Shown piece after piece: positions 11,240-23,314 of a DNA stretch of 64,000 bases (positions within the stretch are counted from its first letter, which is position 1; each line of letters starts with the position of its first letter). The notes beneath the pieces are model-generated. The model worked only from the letters and a program-made list of their open reading frames with translations, had not been told where the DNA came from and ran no database searches. A program made the translations under genes and the position numbers. Origin of the DNA: Nitrospirota bacterium (GTDB lineage: Bacteria > Nitrospirota > UBA9217); NCBI GenBank assembly GCA_963790205.1, contig CAWBNQ010000003.1:352001-416000 (forward strand). The letters run 5' to 3'.

Positions 11240-12118
11240 TTAAAATCTGCAGCCCAGTTGAATGAGGTTGGTGCTTGGCTTGTTCTTGGCGGCGGGGCTC
11301 AATGTGCGGTTAAAGTCCCGCTCGACCTGTATATAGGTGTCCTTGCCGAGGACATATCTGAAGCCCAGGCTGTTGTGACCCTGATTGTCGAGGTTTACTT
11401 TATAAAAATAAGACGCATTGCGGTATCTGGCCTCTGTCTCCGATACCAGGCCTAATTTTCCGCTGTCGATCCGGACCCGCAATCCTGTTTTCAGGATTAC
11501 CTTGTCCTTTACAACAGTATTCCCGGCGGGATGTGTCCCCCCGGGTTTTTTCTCGGCGATTTTATTATTGCCGGTTTTAATATCATTCGCTTCCGCGCCG
11601 GCATCCTCATGCCCGGTTTTGTCAGATGAAACCTCATATTTCAGGGCTTTGACCAGCCTGTCGATCTCGACCACCCGTTCTTTCGTAAACTTTAAGGTCT
11701 CCTTTAAGACGAGCTTCATTACTATTCTTCCCTCGTCTGTCTGCTTACCGAGTTTATTATCGGTCGGCATGCGGTTGACCTGCGACGGGTCCTCTTGATG
11801 AGGACCGAAGTACTCACTTATTGTCTTGAACATTTGCTCGCGCCAGTCCCCTATGACCCCCTGCTCCGGATGGCCGCTTTGTTTTATCGCCCCCGCGGGG
11901 TCCGAGACGGCCATAAATTTCGATCCGGTATAAAGGGCGTTCAATTCTATCGGGGAATTATTGGAAGGAGCGGCCGTAGTACCGTGCCCGGAAGGGTCAG
12001 CCGGCAGGGCCGTCTGCTCATTCATGCCCGACGAAGTATTCACTTCGGAGGCGAGCTCCTGGGCCATGGCAAATTCAGGCACGAGCATCAATAATACGAA
12101 AAATGTAGTGAGCTTCAT
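11240..12118 (-). CDS. Hypothetical exported protein with beta-rich C-terminus ending in Phe
   Basis: Signal peptide (..EFAMA-QE), AGGAG RBS before ATG 12118, C-terminus LIQLGCRF. Confidence 0.7.
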   Translation of the reverse strand: MKLTTFFVLLMLVPEFAMAQELASEVNTSSGMNEQTALPADPSGHGTTAAPSNNSPIELNALYTGSKFMAVSDPAGAIKQSGHPEQGVIGDWREQMFKTISEYFGPHQEDPSQVNRMPTDNKLGKQTDEGRIVMKLVLKETLKFTKERVVEIDRLVKALKYEVSSDKTGHEDAGAEANDIKTGNNKIAEKKPGGTHPAGNTVVKDKVILKTGLRVRIDSGKLGLVSETEARYRNASYFYKVNLDNQGHNSLGFRYVLGKDTYIQVERDFNRTLSPAAKNKPSTNLIQLGCRF

Positions 12119-12169
12119 GACAGCCAACTCCTGATCGTGACATACACGCTTCGCTTCTGATCAGTTAAT

Positions 12170-12185
12170 TGCATCTGTTGTGCCA
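12170..12185 (-). promoter_or_regulatory. Sigma54 -24/-12 promoter
   Basis: Minus strand TGGCACAACAGATGCA (GG-N10-GC), about 50 nt upstream of the 12118 start. Confidence 0.65.
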
Positions 12186-12415
12186 TGAAAGTGAAGGGTG
12201 GGAGCAGTAATGCAAAAATATTACAAAATCAATAACATGGTCATGGTTTCAGTTCTTTGGTTTTGCAGGAATTGTTAGCGAATGGGGGAAAAGTGGGGAG
12301 AAATAATCTGATTATCGAAGCTGTGACATACGATTTTCGAACATCCGAGTATTACTATTTTTGATGAGCACGGATCGATCAAGTTCGTAAGTGTCAGCCG
12401 GGAGGAGGAAGGTCA

Positions 12416-13273
12416 TTATTCCCTTTGTCTCGGATCGAGAGCATCGCGTATGCCTTCGCCCAAGAGGTTGTAGCCGAGAACGGTGACGAGGATGGCGAGG
12501 CCGGGGAAGGCTGAGAGCCACCAGGCTATTTCGATGTTGTCCTTACCCGATGAGAGCAGGCTGCCCCAGCTCGGGGTAGGGGGTTGAACGCCGAGGCCGA
12601 GGAAGCTCAGGGCAGATTCGATGAGGATCGCCCCGCCGACGCCCATGGTGGCTGAGACAAGAATGGGGGAAAGACCGTTCGGCAAGATGTGCCTCATCAT
12701 GATGCGGACGTCGGTTGCACCGATGGCGCGGGCGGCGATCACGAATTCGCGCTCTTTCAGAGAGATGAACTCGGCCCGGATAAGCCTCGCCGGCTCCATC
12801 CAGCTGGTGAGGCCGATCACGACCATGATGTTGACGATGCTGGGTTCGAGAATGGCGATCACGGCAAGCACGAGAAAGATCGTGGGGATGCTCAGCATGA
12901 TGTCCACGCTTCGCATGATCATGCTGTCCACCCAGCCGCCGTAGAACCCCGCGAGCGAGCCGAGGATGATGCCGAGGATCGTTGCTATCCCGACTGCAAC
13001 GAACCCTACCTCAAGAGAGATCCTGCCGCCCCAGAGCATACGCGAGAGCACGTCCCGTCCGAGGTCATCGGTCCCCAGGGGATGGGTCAAGCTCGGGCCG
13101 ACAAGGATGTTCTTGATGTCAATGGTGGAAGGGTTATAGGGTGCGACCAGTGGTGCAAAAATGGAAAGAATGAAGACGAGCAGCACGAGTAGTCCGCCGA
13201 TGACGGCAAGTTTGTTCTGCATCAGATAATGAAGCGTTTGGGCCGTGAAGGATTCGGTATCGTTCATTATCAA
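12416..13273 (-). CDS. Peptide/nickel ABC transporter permease (OppC/DppC)
   Basis: HPLGTDDLGRDVLSR, EFVIAARAIGA (EAA loop), LSFLGLGVQPPTPSWG. Confidence 0.93.
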   Translation of the reverse strand: MIMNDTESFTAQTLHYLMQNKLAVIGGLLVLLVFILSIFAPLVAPYNPSTIDIKNILVGPSLTHPLGTDDLGRDVLSRMLWGGRISLEVGFVAVGIATILGIILGSLAGFYGGWVDSMIMRSVDIMLSIPTIFLVLAVIAILEPSIVNIMVVIGLTSWMEPARLIRAEFISLKEREFVIAARAIGATDVRIMMRHILPNGLSPILVSATMGVGGAILIESALSFLGLGVQPPTPSWGSLLSSGKDNIEIAWWLSAFPGLAILVTVLGYNLLGEGIRDALDPRQRE

Positions 13274-13346
13274 GATCCCGGTATCATTTCATCTTGCAAT
13301 TTCGGCTCATGCCGGCAGGCGCCGTTTCCGCATTTCGCACTGTGCA

Positions 13347-14318
13347 TTATTTCAGTCTCACCCTCGGATCAGTAAAGGCATAGGCGATGTCAGCGAGGAA
13401 GTTTCCGATCATTGTGAGGAATGCACCCGGCACCAGGATGCCCATGACGAGGTTGTAGTCCCTGGATAATACTGCTTGATACATAAGCTGGCCCATGCCC
13501 GGGATGCCGAAGACGGTTTCCATTATGGCGCTGCCTCCAATAATGCCCGGAAGCGACAGGCCGAGGATGGTGATCACCGGCATGAGAGCGTTTCTGAGCG
13601 CGTGCTTGTAAATTACGGTCTTCTCCGGAAGTCCTTTGGCCCTGGCGGTCCGGATGTAGTCCTGGCGCAGGACTTCGAGCATGTTGCTCCTCATGTATCG
13701 CGAAAACCCGGCAAGACCACCGAAAGCAGAAACAAAGACCGGCAGGACGAGGTGCTCAGCCCGGTCCATGAGCCAGCCCCAGGTGGTGAGCCCGGTAATG
13801 TCCAAGCTCTCTTTCCCCGATATCGGCAGTATCCCCCACTGTACACCGAAAACATAAATGAGCAGAAGGGCGAGCCAAAAGGCGGGCGTGGAAAATCCTA
13901 CAAAGACAAAGATCGTTGTGAACCGGTCGATCACCGAGTATTGTCGCGTGGCCGACATGATGCCTAAGGGTATGGCGATGAGCAGCACAAGTCCGAGGGA
14001 AAGAAGGTTGATCGTGAGCGTGATCGGAAGGCGTTCCAGTATCTTGTCCTTTACCTTGCGGCCGTCGGCAAAGGCCTCGCCGAAGTCGAGGGTCACGAAC
14101 TTTCTGAGCCAGGTGGCGTACTGTTTGTAAAAAGGCTGGTCGGCGCCGTAGAGCTTCCTCAGCCGTTCCCGTGCCTCGGCCGAGGCACGGGCCGAGAAAT
14201 CCATCTGCGCTTCCGCCGGTCCGCCCGGGGCAAGACGCATGACGCCGAAGCTCAGCACGGTGATGCCGATCAGGATGGGTATCATGAGGAGCATGCGTTT
14301 TATGACGTAGATGAGCAT
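13347..14318 (-). CDS. Peptide/nickel ABC transporter permease (OppB/DppB)
   Basis: [33 protein letters not shown]. Confidence 0.93.
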   Translation of the reverse strand: MLIYVIKRMLLMIPILIGITVLSFGVMRLAPGGPAEAQMDFSARASAEARERLRKLYGADQPFYKQYATWLRKFVTLDFGEAFADGRKVKDKILERLPITLTINLLSLGLVLLIAIPLGIMSATRQYSVIDRFTTIFVFVGFSTPAFWLALLLIYVFGVQWGILPISGKESLDITGLTTWGWLMDRAEHLVLPVFVSAFGGLAGFSRYMRSNMLEVLRQDYIRTARAKGLPEKTVIYKHALRNALMPVITILGLSLPGIIGGSAIMETVFGIPGMGQLMYQAVLSRDYNLVMGILVPGAFLTMIGNFLADIAYAFTDPRVRLK

Positions 14319-14327
14319 GAGGTCGCG

Positions 14328-14591
14328 CTATCCGGTGACCTTGTACACCAGGTCGAAAGGCTTTGCAGCCTGGGAGAGCTTGATGCCGGTGAATTGGCCG
14401 CGGATGGCCTTCTGAACCGGCTGGTGGTCGAACTCCATGGTCTCCACTTTCTGGGTAAAGTCGGTAGCGGACCCCTTGATCCGGACGGTATCGCCGATTG
14501 CGAGGTCGCCGAAGTCCAGCTTGACCGCTGCGACGGATGTTTTATCGAAAAATTTGATCACCGACCCGATCCGCTCTTCCATGCCGCTCAT
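14328..14591 (-). CDS. Small EF-Tu domain II-like beta-barrel protein (translation elongation factor-like family)
   Basis: IGSVIKFFDK..VAAVKL..LAIGDTVRIKG..TDFTQKV..ME pattern. Confidence 0.7.
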   Translation of the reverse strand: MSGMEERIGSVIKFFDKTSVAAVKLDFGDLAIGDTVRIKGSATDFTQKVETMEFDHQPVQKAIRGQFTGIKLSQAAKPFDLVYKVTG

Positions 14592-14743
14592 GATAGTATA
14601 AAATCCGCAGTATTTCAAGGAAAATTCAGGCGCACATTCTCCCCGCGTCACGCGAGATGTTGAGGGGGCAATCACGAGCGGGCTTTGTGCTCCAGGGGGC
14701 GGTAAAAAGATTAAATTAGGTAGAAGTATTCGGCTATTAGAGC

Positions 14744-14772
14744 TTGACAATGGGTAGCCCTGTGAGTATTAT
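14744..14772 (+). promoter_or_regulatory. Sigma70 promoter of tRNA cluster
   Basis: TTGACA-N17-TATTAT upstream of tRNA-Pro. Confidence 0.75.
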
Positions 14773-14810
14773 ATGCCTTGCGGAGCAGGGGTAGTGTGTA
14801 GTGCATCTCA

Positions 14811-14887
14811 CGGGGCGTGGCGCAGCCCGGTAGCGCGTCTGCTTTGGGAGCAGAAAGCCGGAGGTTCAAATCCTCTCGCCCCGACCA
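14811..14887 (+). tRNA. tRNA-Pro(TGG)
   Basis: Cloverleaf, anticodon arm TCTGC-TTTGGGA-GCAGA, GTTCAAATC, CCA end. Confidence 0.97.
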
Positions 14888-14897
14888 TTCTATTAAG

Positions 14898-14971
14898 AAT
14901 TGGAAATTGAAGATTGGAAATTGTAAATTGAGCCTCAAAAGTTAGAATCTTAAATTTCCAATTTCCAATTT
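14898..14971. repeat. Heptamer-periodic inverted repeat (AATTGGA/TTTCCAA)
   Basis: aattggaaattgaagattggaaattgtaaattg ... aaatttccaatttccaattt. Confidence 0.7.
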
Positions 14972-14990
14972 AAAATATGCGAAGCGATTC

Positions 14991-15067
14991 GCGCCTGTAG
15001 CTCAGGTGGATAGAGCAACAGCCTTCTAAGCTGTGGGCCAAAGGTTCGAGTCCTTTCAGGCGCACCA
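14991..15067 (+). tRNA. tRNA-Arg(TCT)
   Basis: ACAGC-CTTCTAA-GCTGT anticodon arm, CCA end. Confidence 0.97.
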
Positions 15068-15086
15068 TTCCATTGCGGATTGTTTG

Positions 15087-15115
15087 TTGACAAAGTATAG
15101 CCGACATTATAGAAT
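15087..15115 (+). promoter_or_regulatory. Internal sigma70 promoter before tRNA-His
   Basis: TTGACA-N17-TAGAAT. Confidence 0.7.
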
Positions 15116-15161
15116 GTAACCTGATTTCGCAGTCTGAAATCCACATTTTAAATTATAACAC

Positions 15162-15238
15162 GGTGGGCGTAGCTCAGTTGGTAGAGCTCCAGGTTGTGGC
15201 CCTGGTGGCCGCGGGTTCAAGCCCCGTCGCTCACCCCA
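15162..15238 (+). tRNA. tRNA-His(GTG)
   Basis: CCAGG-TTGTGGC-CCTGG anticodon arm, encoded G-1, CCA end. Confidence 0.97.
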
Positions 15239-15298
15239 ATTTTGTATCGTAGAGACGGTCGATGTCGGCCGTCTCTGCAGTTTTAGAGGCTTGACAAG

Positions 15299-15375
<77 letters not shown>

Positions 15376-15378
15376 AGA

Positions 15379-15446
15379 AATTGCGAATTGCGGATTGCAG
15401 ATTGCGGAATGAAATCATGAGATACGTCTAATCCGCAATCCGAAAT
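15379..15446. repeat. Heptamer-periodic inverted repeat (TTGCGGA/AATCCGC)
   Basis: ttgcgaattgcggattgcagattgcggaat ... aatccgcaatccgaaat. Confidence 0.75.
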
Positions 15447-15450
15447 AGAT

Positions 15451-15527
15451 GCGCCTGTAGCTCAGCTGGATAGAGCGTCGGCCTCCGAAGCCGAAGGTCG
15501 TGGGTTCGACTCCCGCCAGGCGCACCA
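15451..15527 (+). tRNA. tRNA-Arg(CCG)
   Basis: TCGGC-CTCCGAA-GCCGA anticodon arm, CCA end. Confidence 0.97.
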
Positions 15528-15565
15528 TAAAAAATATCTTTTCCGGGTGAATATTAGTTTTTTTG

Positions 15566-15594
15566 TTGCATCCTGCTGTAAAGATAAGTATACT
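15566..15594 (+). promoter_or_regulatory. Internal sigma70 promoter before tRNA-Lys
   Basis: TTGCAT-N17-TATACT with upstream T-rich tract. Confidence 0.6.
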
Positions 15595-15632
15595 GTAATC
15601 CGTTTTTCACCATCTGGTACTCTCAACCTTAT

Positions 15633-15708
<76 letters not shown>

Positions 15709-15789
15709 TAAAATAACACAGGGAGCAGTGGGCAGCAGGCAGCGAATTTTGACAGCTGCTATCCGCTCACTGCTCTCTTTGTTCATGCA

Positions 15790-15872
15790 GCGAGAGTGGC
15801 GGAACTGGCAGACGCGCCAGACTTAGGATCTGGTGGGCGACCATGGGGGTTCAAGTCCCCCCTCTCGCACCA
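15790..15872 (+). tRNA. tRNA-Leu(TAG)
   Basis: CCAGA-CTTAGGA-TCTGG anticodon arm, long variable arm, CCA end. Confidence 0.96.
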
Positions 15873-15996
15873 AATAATTCGCATGCCGATTGGGGAGCTT
15901 GGAGCGCGGACTGAAAATCTCAACCTGCCTCCCGCCCTCCGAACGCGTTACAATCCATAAACTTCAAATACACTCTTATGCAAAGGTGGAAAAGGA

Positions 15997-17277
15997 ATGA
16001 AATCGGTCGTAGAAGATATCAGTTCGGTTAAGAAAAAGATCAATGTCGAAATCACGCCCGAGGCCGTGGCCAAAGAGATGGAAAAGGCCCTGGCCGATGT
16101 GGCAAAAAAGGCCAGGATCGCGGGGTTCCGGCCGGGAAAGGCCCCGAAGGGCATTGTCGAGAAACACTACGGCGAGGAAGTGCGGAACGAAGTGATGCAG
16201 CGGCTGGTTACAGAATCCTATTTACAGGCGTTGCAGGAAAACAATCTTAACCCGGTCGACGTGCCGCACATCGAGAAGGTCTCTTCGCTGGCAAAAGACG
16301 CGCCGCTTACGTTTACCGCCACGGTCGAGGTCCGTCCCAAGATCGAGCTGGGGACCTATGACGGCATCGAAGTGAAGGAACAGAGCCTCGTCGTAAGCGA
16401 CGACGAGCTCAATCAGACCATCGACCGCCTCCGCGAGATGTATGCCCAGCTCGAGGTGGTCGAGGGCCGGCCCCTTGAGAAGAACGATTCGGCGGTCATC
16501 GATTTCGAGGGTTTCCATGACGGCAAGCCCATCGAGGGCGCCAAGGCGTCCGGTCATATGCTCTCGCTCGGGGCGAATTCGCTGATCCCCGGTTTCGAGG
16601 ACCAGCTCGTGGGCATGAATGGCGGTGAAACCCGGGATATCAAGGTCACCTTCCCTGCGGATTATCAGAACAAGGATATCGCCGGAAAGAATGCCACCTT
16701 CACCGTCACGCTCAAGGAAATCAAGAAGAAGGTCCTTCCCGAGTTCAACGACGAGTTTGCCAAGGACATCGGCGGCGACAAATCAGTGGAAGAGTTGAAA
16801 GAGGGGATCAAGAAGGACCTCGAAGCGCGGAAGCGAGACGAGCAGGCATCGGCCCAGCGCGAGGAAATCCTGTCCAGGCTGGTTGAGGCCCATACCTTCG
16901 ATATTCCGCCCGGCATGGTGGAGCGGGAGCTTCAGGCCATGGCCCGCCAGCAGGCCACGCGGCTGGCGCGGCAGGGTATGGATATGAAGACCTTCGATAT
17001 CACGAAATTTCGCGAGGAGCACAAGGCCGTCGCTGAAAAACGCGTCAAGGGCCTTTTGCTCCTTGACGTCATAGCCGAGAAGGAAAAGGTGGAAGTGAGC
17101 GATCAGGAAGTGAATGCGGCGCTCGCTGCGATGGCAAGGAGCTCGCGCCAGACCGTGGACGCGGTCAGGAAATATTACGAGTCGCTCGACGGCGGCCTCG
17201 ACAACCTGCGCATATCGCTGACCCAGGAAAAGACGCTCGGTCTCTTGCTTTCCCGGTCAAAGAAGAGTTATAATTAG
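15997..17277 (+). CDS. tig: Trigger factor
   Basis: GFRPGKAP ribosome-binding motif, FKBP domain (IPGFEDQLVG). Confidence 0.97.
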   Translation: MKSVVEDISSVKKKINVEITPEAVAKEMEKALADVAKKARIAGFRPGKAPKGIVEKHYGEEVRNEVMQRLVTESYLQALQENNLNPVDVPHIEKVSSLAKDAPLTFTATVEVRPKIELGTYDGIEVKEQSLVVSDDELNQTIDRLREMYAQLEVVEGRPLEKNDSAVIDFEGFHDGKPIEGAKASGHMLSLGANSLIPGFEDQLVGMNGGETRDIKVTFPADYQNKDIAGKNATFTVTLKEIKKKVLPEFNDEFAKDIGGDKSVEELKEGIKKDLEARKRDEQASAQREEILSRLVEAHTFDIPPGMVERELQAMARQQATRLARQGMDMKTFDITKFREEHKAVAEKRVKGLLLLDVIAEKEKVEVSDQEVNAALAAMARSSRQTVDAVRKYYESLDGGLDNLRISLTQEKTLGLLLSRSKKSYN

Positions 17278-17399
17278 TATGAATAAAGGCTGATAAATGG
17301 AGGGCCCCCCACCGGGCCGATCAGGATACACCCGCCGGTGAAATTTTTTCCGGTTCTGCGTGCCGGAAGGGCAGGAACGGTTAAGGAGAATTTCAATCT

Positions 17400-18002
17400 A
17401 TGTCATTGATCCCCATGGTAATTGAACAGACGAGTCGCGGCGAGCGGGCCTATGATATCTATTCCCGCCTCCTCAAGGACCGCATTATCTTTCTCGGTAC
17501 GCCTATCGACGACAACGTAGCGAATACAGTGATCGCGCAGCTCCTGTTTTTGGATGCCGATGACCCTGACAAGGATATCTACCTGTACGTCAACTCTCCC
17601 GGCGGGGTCGTGACTGCGGGGCTTGCGATCTATGATACCATGAATTATCTCAAGTCCCCTGTTTCAACCATCTGCATCGGCCAGGCTGCGAGCATGGGCG
17701 CCCTGCTTCTGGGCGCGGGGACAAAGGGGAAACGGTTCTCCCTGCCGCACGCCCGGATCATGATCCATCAGCCCATCGGCGGGTTCCAGGGCCAGGCCAC
17801 CGACATCGAGATCCATGCCAAGGAAATATTAAAACTCAAGGACACGTTGAACCAGATCTTGTCCAAACATACCGGGCAGCCCATCGAGAAGATAGCAACG
17901 GACACGGAGAGGGATTTTTTCATGTCCGGCGAGGACGCGAAGCAGTACGGTCTCATTGATGAAGTCATAACCAAGGTAAGAAGCGTGAAGAAGGAGAAGT
18001 AA
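17400..18002 (+). CDS. clpP: ATP-dependent Clp protease proteolytic subunit
   Basis: [20 protein letters not shown]-like YVNSPGG, GQAASMG, IMIHQP. Confidence 0.98.
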   Translation: MSLIPMVIEQTSRGERAYDIYSRLLKDRIIFLGTPIDDNVANTVIAQLLFLDADDPDKDIYLYVNSPGGVVTAGLAIYDTMNYLKSPVSTICIGQAASMGALLLGAGTKGKRFSLPHARIMIHQPIGGFQGQATDIEIHAKEILKLKDTLNQILSKHTGQPIEKIATDTERDFFMSGEDAKQYGLIDEVITKVRSVKKEK

Positions 18003-18006
18003 ACAT

Positions 18007-19254
18007 ATGACCGACAAAGAAAAAAAGGAACATACTGCGCCGCTCAAGTGTTCCTTCTGCGGCAAAGGGCAGGAGGAAGTGAAAAAACTGATCGCCGGCC
18101 CTTCGGTCTTTATCTGCAACGAGTGCGTGGACCTCTGCAACGAGATCATTGCCGAGGAGTGGGAAGAGGCCAAGGACGCGAAGATCCCCCGCTTGCCGAA
18201 GCCGGCGGAGATCAAGCGCACCCTTGATGAATATGTGATCGGCCAGGAGCGCGCAAAGAAGATCCTGTCCGTGGCGGTGCATAATCACTACAAACGCATC
18301 GGCATCCAGCAGGAAATAGGCGATGAGGTAGAGCTTCAGAAGAGCAACATCCTGCTTATCGGGCCGACCGGCGTGGGAAAGACCCTGCTGGCCCAGACCC
18401 TGGCGCGTATTCTTGACGTGCCGTTCACCATTGCCGATGCCACGACGCTCACCGAGGCCGGTTACGTGGGAGAGGACGTAGAGAACATCATCCTCAAGCT
18501 TCTGCAGAGCGCCAATTACGACGTGGAGCGAGCCCAGCGCGGTATCGTTTACATCGACGAGATCGATAAGATCAGCCGGAAGTCGGAAAACCCGTCGATC
18601 ACGCGCGACGTTTCCGGCGAGGGCGTGCAGCAGGCGCTCCTGAAGCTCATCGAGGGGACTGTCGCGAGCGTGCCGCCCCAGGGCGGCCGCAAGCATCCCC
18701 ATCAGGAGTTCATCCAGGTCGACACCAAGAACATCCTGTTTCTCTGCGGAGGCGCATTTGTGGGGCTCGATACGATCATCGAGCAGCGCATCGGACAGAA
18801 GACCATGGGCTTCGGCGCCGAGATCCAAAGCAAGAAAGAACGGAAGCTCTCCGAAACGCTCGCCAGCCTCCAGCCCCAGGACCTGCTCAAGTACGGGCTT
18901 ATCCCCGAGTTCATCGGCCGCATGCCCGTTGTGGCAACGCTCGAGGAGCTCGACGAGCACGCGCTCATCGACATTCTCACACGCCCCAAGAACGCGCTCA
19001 TAAAACAGTACCAGAAGCTGCTCGCGCTCGAAGGCTGCAAGCTGCGCTTCAGCGACGACGCGCTCGTGGCCGTGTCGAAGAAGGCGATCAACCGGAAGAC
19101 AGGCGCCCGCGGGCTTCGCGCCATCCTTGAGGACGTGATGCTGAACGTGATGTACGATATCCCGTCGCAGCCAGGCATCCGCGAGTGCATCATCAACCAG
19201 GAAGTGATCACCGAAGGGGCGGAACCCCTGCTCATCTACGAAAAGATAGCGTAA
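18007..19254 (+). CDS. clpX: ATP-dependent Clp protease ATP-binding subunit
   Basis: CSFC..CNEC zinc finger, [21 protein letters not shown] loop. Confidence 0.98.
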   Translation: MTDKEKKEHTAPLKCSFCGKGQEEVKKLIAGPSVFICNECVDLCNEIIAEEWEEAKDAKIPRLPKPAEIKRTLDEYVIGQERAKKILSVAVHNHYKRIGIQQEIGDEVELQKSNILLIGPTGVGKTLLAQTLARILDVPFTIADATTLTEAGYVGEDVENIILKLLQSANYDVERAQRGIVYIDEIDKISRKSENPSITRDVSGEGVQQALLKLIEGTVASVPPQGGRKHPHQEFIQVDTKNILFLCGGAFVGLDTIIEQRIGQKTMGFGAEIQSKKERKLSETLASLQPQDLLKYGLIPEFIGRMPVVATLEELDEHALIDILTRPKNALIKQYQKLLALEGCKLRFSDDALVAVSKKAINRKTGARGLRAILEDVMLNVMYDIPSQPGIRECIINQEVITEGAEPLLIYEKIA

Positions 19255-19343
19255 CACCAATCAAACACTGGTAGAGATTAAGGAATTGTCAGTACTTAAT
19301 CTCTATTTTTTTGCGTGTCTTCCGGCGTACCTGACCCAACGAC

Positions 19344-19928
19344 ATGAAAATACTCTCAGCCGAATTCGTCATCAGCGCAGCGGCCCCGAAGCAGTTCCCG
19401 ATCGATCGGAGGCCGCAGATCGCTTTTGCCGGCCGCTCGAACGTCGGCAAATCGTCAATCATCAACACGCTGCTTCACCGGAGAAATCTGGTGAAAGCAA
19501 GCGTGACCCCGGGGAAAACCCAGCTTATCAACTTTTTCGCCGTCAATGACGGGTTCTATTTTGTCGATCTCCCGGGCTACGGGTTCGCCCGGGTGCCGCG
19601 CGCCGTGACCGACGCGTGGGCGCCGATGATCGAGGGCTACCTGAAAGGTTCTCCGGGCCTGCGGGCCGTGGTCGTGCTCCTGGATGCCCGGCGGGAACCG
19701 GACGAACGGGACCTGCGGCTTATCGATTGGCTCCAGCAGTACGGCATTCCCGCAATCTACGCCTTGACCAAGGCCGACAAACTGAACCGGCAGGAGGCTG
19801 AATGCGCGCAACGGGACATCCATGCGCGTCTGGGCATAGCAGCTCCGCTGCTCCTCACGTCGGCCAAAGCCGGGTTGGGCATCAAGGAGCTCTGGGCGGA
19901 GATTGGTAAAAGACTCAATGCAAAGTGA
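19344..19928 (+). CDS. engB: Ribosome biogenesis GTPase YihA/YsxC
   Basis: GRSNVGKSS, PGKTQ, DLPGYG, TKADK. Confidence 0.95.
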   Translation: MKILSAEFVISAAAPKQFPIDRRPQIAFAGRSNVGKSSIINTLLHRRNLVKASVTPGKTQLINFFAVNDGFYFVDLPGYGFARVPRAVTDAWAPMIEGYLKGSPGLRAVVVLLDARREPDERDLRLIDWLQQYGIPAIYALTKADKLNRQEAECAQRDIHARLGIAAPLLLTSAKAGLGIKELWAEIGKRLNAK

Positions 19929-20046
19929 ACAGGGTAGAATGCAACAGGCAAAATGATTGTATCGTCATTCCAGCTCTTGCACTCTGTAATTTGCATTTTG
20001 ACTTTTCAGTGGAGGCTTTCGTGGACTTGATCAAAGACCTCACGGC

Positions 20047-20196
20047 AAGAGCGGCAAGGTGGACGTGGTCGTGGAAAAATCGTCGGGAGAATCGTCCGTC
20101 GTGGCCACGCTGGGCCCCGGCCAGTTTTTTGGCGAGATGAGCCTCTTGACCGGTGCTGCACGGACGGCCAGCATCCAGGTGAAGGAGGACGCCGAG
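20047..20196 (+). pseudogene. Fragment of a cyclic-nucleotide-binding domain gene
   Basis: KSGKVDVV..VATLGPGQFFGEMSLLTGAARTASIQ (GE..R phosphate-binding cassette); no plausible 5' part; runs into argB. Confidence 0.7.
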
Positions 20197-20204
20197 AGGC
20201 GGGT

Positions 20205-21209
<1,005 letters not shown>

Positions 21210-22556
21210 TTATAGTATGTATCTGCTCAGGTCTTCGCTCTTCAGCACATCCGCCATGCGTCCGCGAACGTACTCGGCATCGATCGTATGCTTCGATCCT
21301 TTTTTCTCGGGCGCGTCGAAGGATATTTCGTCGAGCAGCCGTTCCAGGATCGTGTGGAGCCTGCGCGCGCCGATGTTCTCCGTCCGTTCATTGACCCGCG
21401 TCGCGATATCGGCGATCTCTTCGATCGAGTCGGTCGAAAAGGAAATCGTGACCTCTTCCGTTGCCAGAAGCGCGATATGCTGCTTGATGAGCGCGTTTCG
21501 CGGCTCGGTCAGGATGCGGATGAACTCGGGCTTGCCCAGGGAGTCGAGTTCGACCCGGATAGGGAATCTGCCCTGAAGCTCGGGTATCAGGTCCGACGGC
21601 TTCGATACATGGAACGCGCCCGCCGCGATGAACAAAATATGGTCGGTCTTGACCGGGCCGTATTTCGTGGCGACCGTCGATCCCTCCACGATCGGCAGGA
21701 GGTCGCGCTGCACGCCCTCGCGCGATACGTCGGGTCCGTGGGACTCGCGCCCGGCGATCTTGTCGATCTCGTCGAGGAACACGATGCCCGACTGCTCCAC
21801 TCGCTGGAGCGCTTCCTTGGCCACCTTTTCCATGTCGATCAGTTTCGCCGCCTCTTCCTGGACCAGGAGACGCAGCGCCTCCGGCACCTTGACCTTCCGC
21901 CGTTTCGTTTTTTCAGGCAGGAGCCCGCCGAGCATATCCTTGAGGTTCATCTCGATCTCCTCCATGCCGACGTTCGAGATGATGCCGAAGGGCATGACCT
22001 TTTCCTTCTGTTCTACTTCCACCAGGCGTTCATCGAGCTTCCCCTCCCTGAGCTGCTGGCGGAGCTTATCACGGGTGTTCTTGTGCAGCTCCTGCTGGTC
22101 GGCGCTTGGCGTCTCGAATTCGGGCGCGGCGGTCCTGATGGGGGGGAGCAGCAGGTCAAGGAGACGTTCTTCTGCAAGGCCCGCGGCCTTTTCCTGCACC
22201 TCGTCGGACAGCTCGTTCTTTACCATGTTGATGCCGATCTCGGCAAGGTCGCGGATGATGGACTCGACATCGCGTCCTACATAGCCGACCTCGGTAAACT
22301 TGGACGCCTCGATCTTGAGAAAGGGGGCCTGGACAAGTTTTGCGAGCCGCCGGGCGATCTCGGTCTTTCCCACCCCGGTGGGGCCGATCATGATGATGTT
22401 CTTCGGCAGCACCTCGTCACGGAGCTCCTCCGGCAGGCGCTGGCGCCTCCATCGATTTCGGAGCGCTATGGCCACCGCCCGTTTGGCCTTGTGCTGGCCG
22501 ATGACGTACTTATCGAGCTCTTCGACGATCTGGCGGGGTATCAGGGTGTCTTTCAA
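21210..22556 (-). CDS. hslU: HslU ATPase
   Basis: [33 protein letters not shown]-terminal DLSRYIL. Confidence 0.98.
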   Translation of the reverse strand: MKDTLIPRQIVEELDKYVIGQHKAKRAVAIALRNRWRRQRLPEELRDEVLPKNIIMIGPTGVGKTEIARRLAKLVQAPFLKIEASKFTEVGYVGRDVESIIRDLAEIGINMVKNELSDEVQEKAAGLAEERLLDLLLPPIRTAAPEFETPSADQQELHKNTRDKLRQQLREGKLDERLVEVEQKEKVMPFGIISNVGMEEIEMNLKDMLGGLLPEKTKRRKVKVPEALRLLVQEEAAKLIDMEKVAKEALQRVEQSGIVFLDEIDKIAGRESHGPDVSREGVQRDLLPIVEGSTVATKYGPVKTDHILFIAAGAFHVSKPSDLIPELQGRFPIRVELDSLGKPEFIRILTEPRNALIKQHIALLATEEVTISFSTDSIEEIADIATRVNERTENIGARRLHTILERLLDEISFDAPEKKGSKHTIDAEYVRGRMADVLKSEDLSRYIL

Positions 22557-22573
22557 GAAAACCTCCAGGGTGT

Positions 22574-22688
22574 TAAGTACAAAATCCTAATATCTAAATC
22601 CTAAATAAATTCCAATGCCCAAAAGAGCTGTTTGAATATCGGATTTTATAATTTCGACTTTGTTTAGGATTTCGGACTTAGCATTTGC
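22574..22688. repeat. Heptamer-periodic inverted repeat (AAATCCT/GATTTCG type)
   Basis: aaatcctaatatctaaatcctaaat ... ttgtttaggatttcggacttagcattt. Confidence 0.7.
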
Positions 22689-22690
22689 AG

Positions 22691-23233
22691 CTATAGTTCT
22701 TCTATCGTTATTTCCTTATTCGTGTAAATGCAGATTTCGGCCGCGATCTTCATGGCCTCTTCCACGAGTGTGCGCGCATCCAGCTTCGTGTGCTCCATGA
22801 GCGCCCGTGCGGCGGCCAGTGCGTAAGGGCCGCCGGAGCCGATGGCTGCGACCCCGTTCTCGGGCTCGATCACGTCCCCGTTTCCCGAGAGGATGAACGA
22901 GCGTTCGTTGTCAGCCACGATCATGAGGGCTTCGAGCCTGCGGAGCACCTTGTCGGTGCGCCAGTCCTTGGCGAGTTCCACGGCGGCACGCGTGAGGTTG
23001 CCGTGGTATTGTTCGAGCTTGGCCTCGAATTTTTCGAAGAGGGTGAAGGCGTCCGCCGTTGCGCCGGCAAAACCGGCGAGGATCTTGTTGTTATACAGGG
23101 TGCGCACCTTTTTTGCGTTATGCTTCATCACCGTGGCGCCGACCGTCACCTGTCCGTCGCCGGCAATCGCGGTCTTGCCGTTCCGTCGAACGGACAGGAT
23201 CGTTGTTGCATGCAGGGGTGTTATTTCACTCAT
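22691..23233 (-). CDS. hslV: HslV protease
   Basis: [33 protein letters not shown]. Confidence 0.98.
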   Translation of the reverse strand: MSEITPLHATTILSVRRNGKTAIAGDGQVTVGATVMKHNAKKVRTLYNNKILAGFAGATADAFTLFEKFEAKLEQYHGNLTRAAVELAKDWRTDKVLRRLEALMIVADNERSFILSGNGDVIEPENGVAAIGSGGPYALAAARALMEHTKLDARTLVEEAMKIAAEICIYTNKEITIEEL

Positions 23234-23250
23234 GACGCCTCCCGTTAAAT

Positions 23251-23311
23251 CCGATGGACGATGGACGGAGTCTTCATGGTTCTATCGTCCCTCGTCCTTT
23301 CGTCCGTCGTC
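23251..23311. repeat. Heptamer-periodic inverted repeat, same GACG/TCGTC family as 707-787
   Basis: cgatggacgatggacg ... tatcgtccctcgtcctttcgtccgtcgtc. Confidence 0.75.
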
Positions 23312-23314
23312 GCT

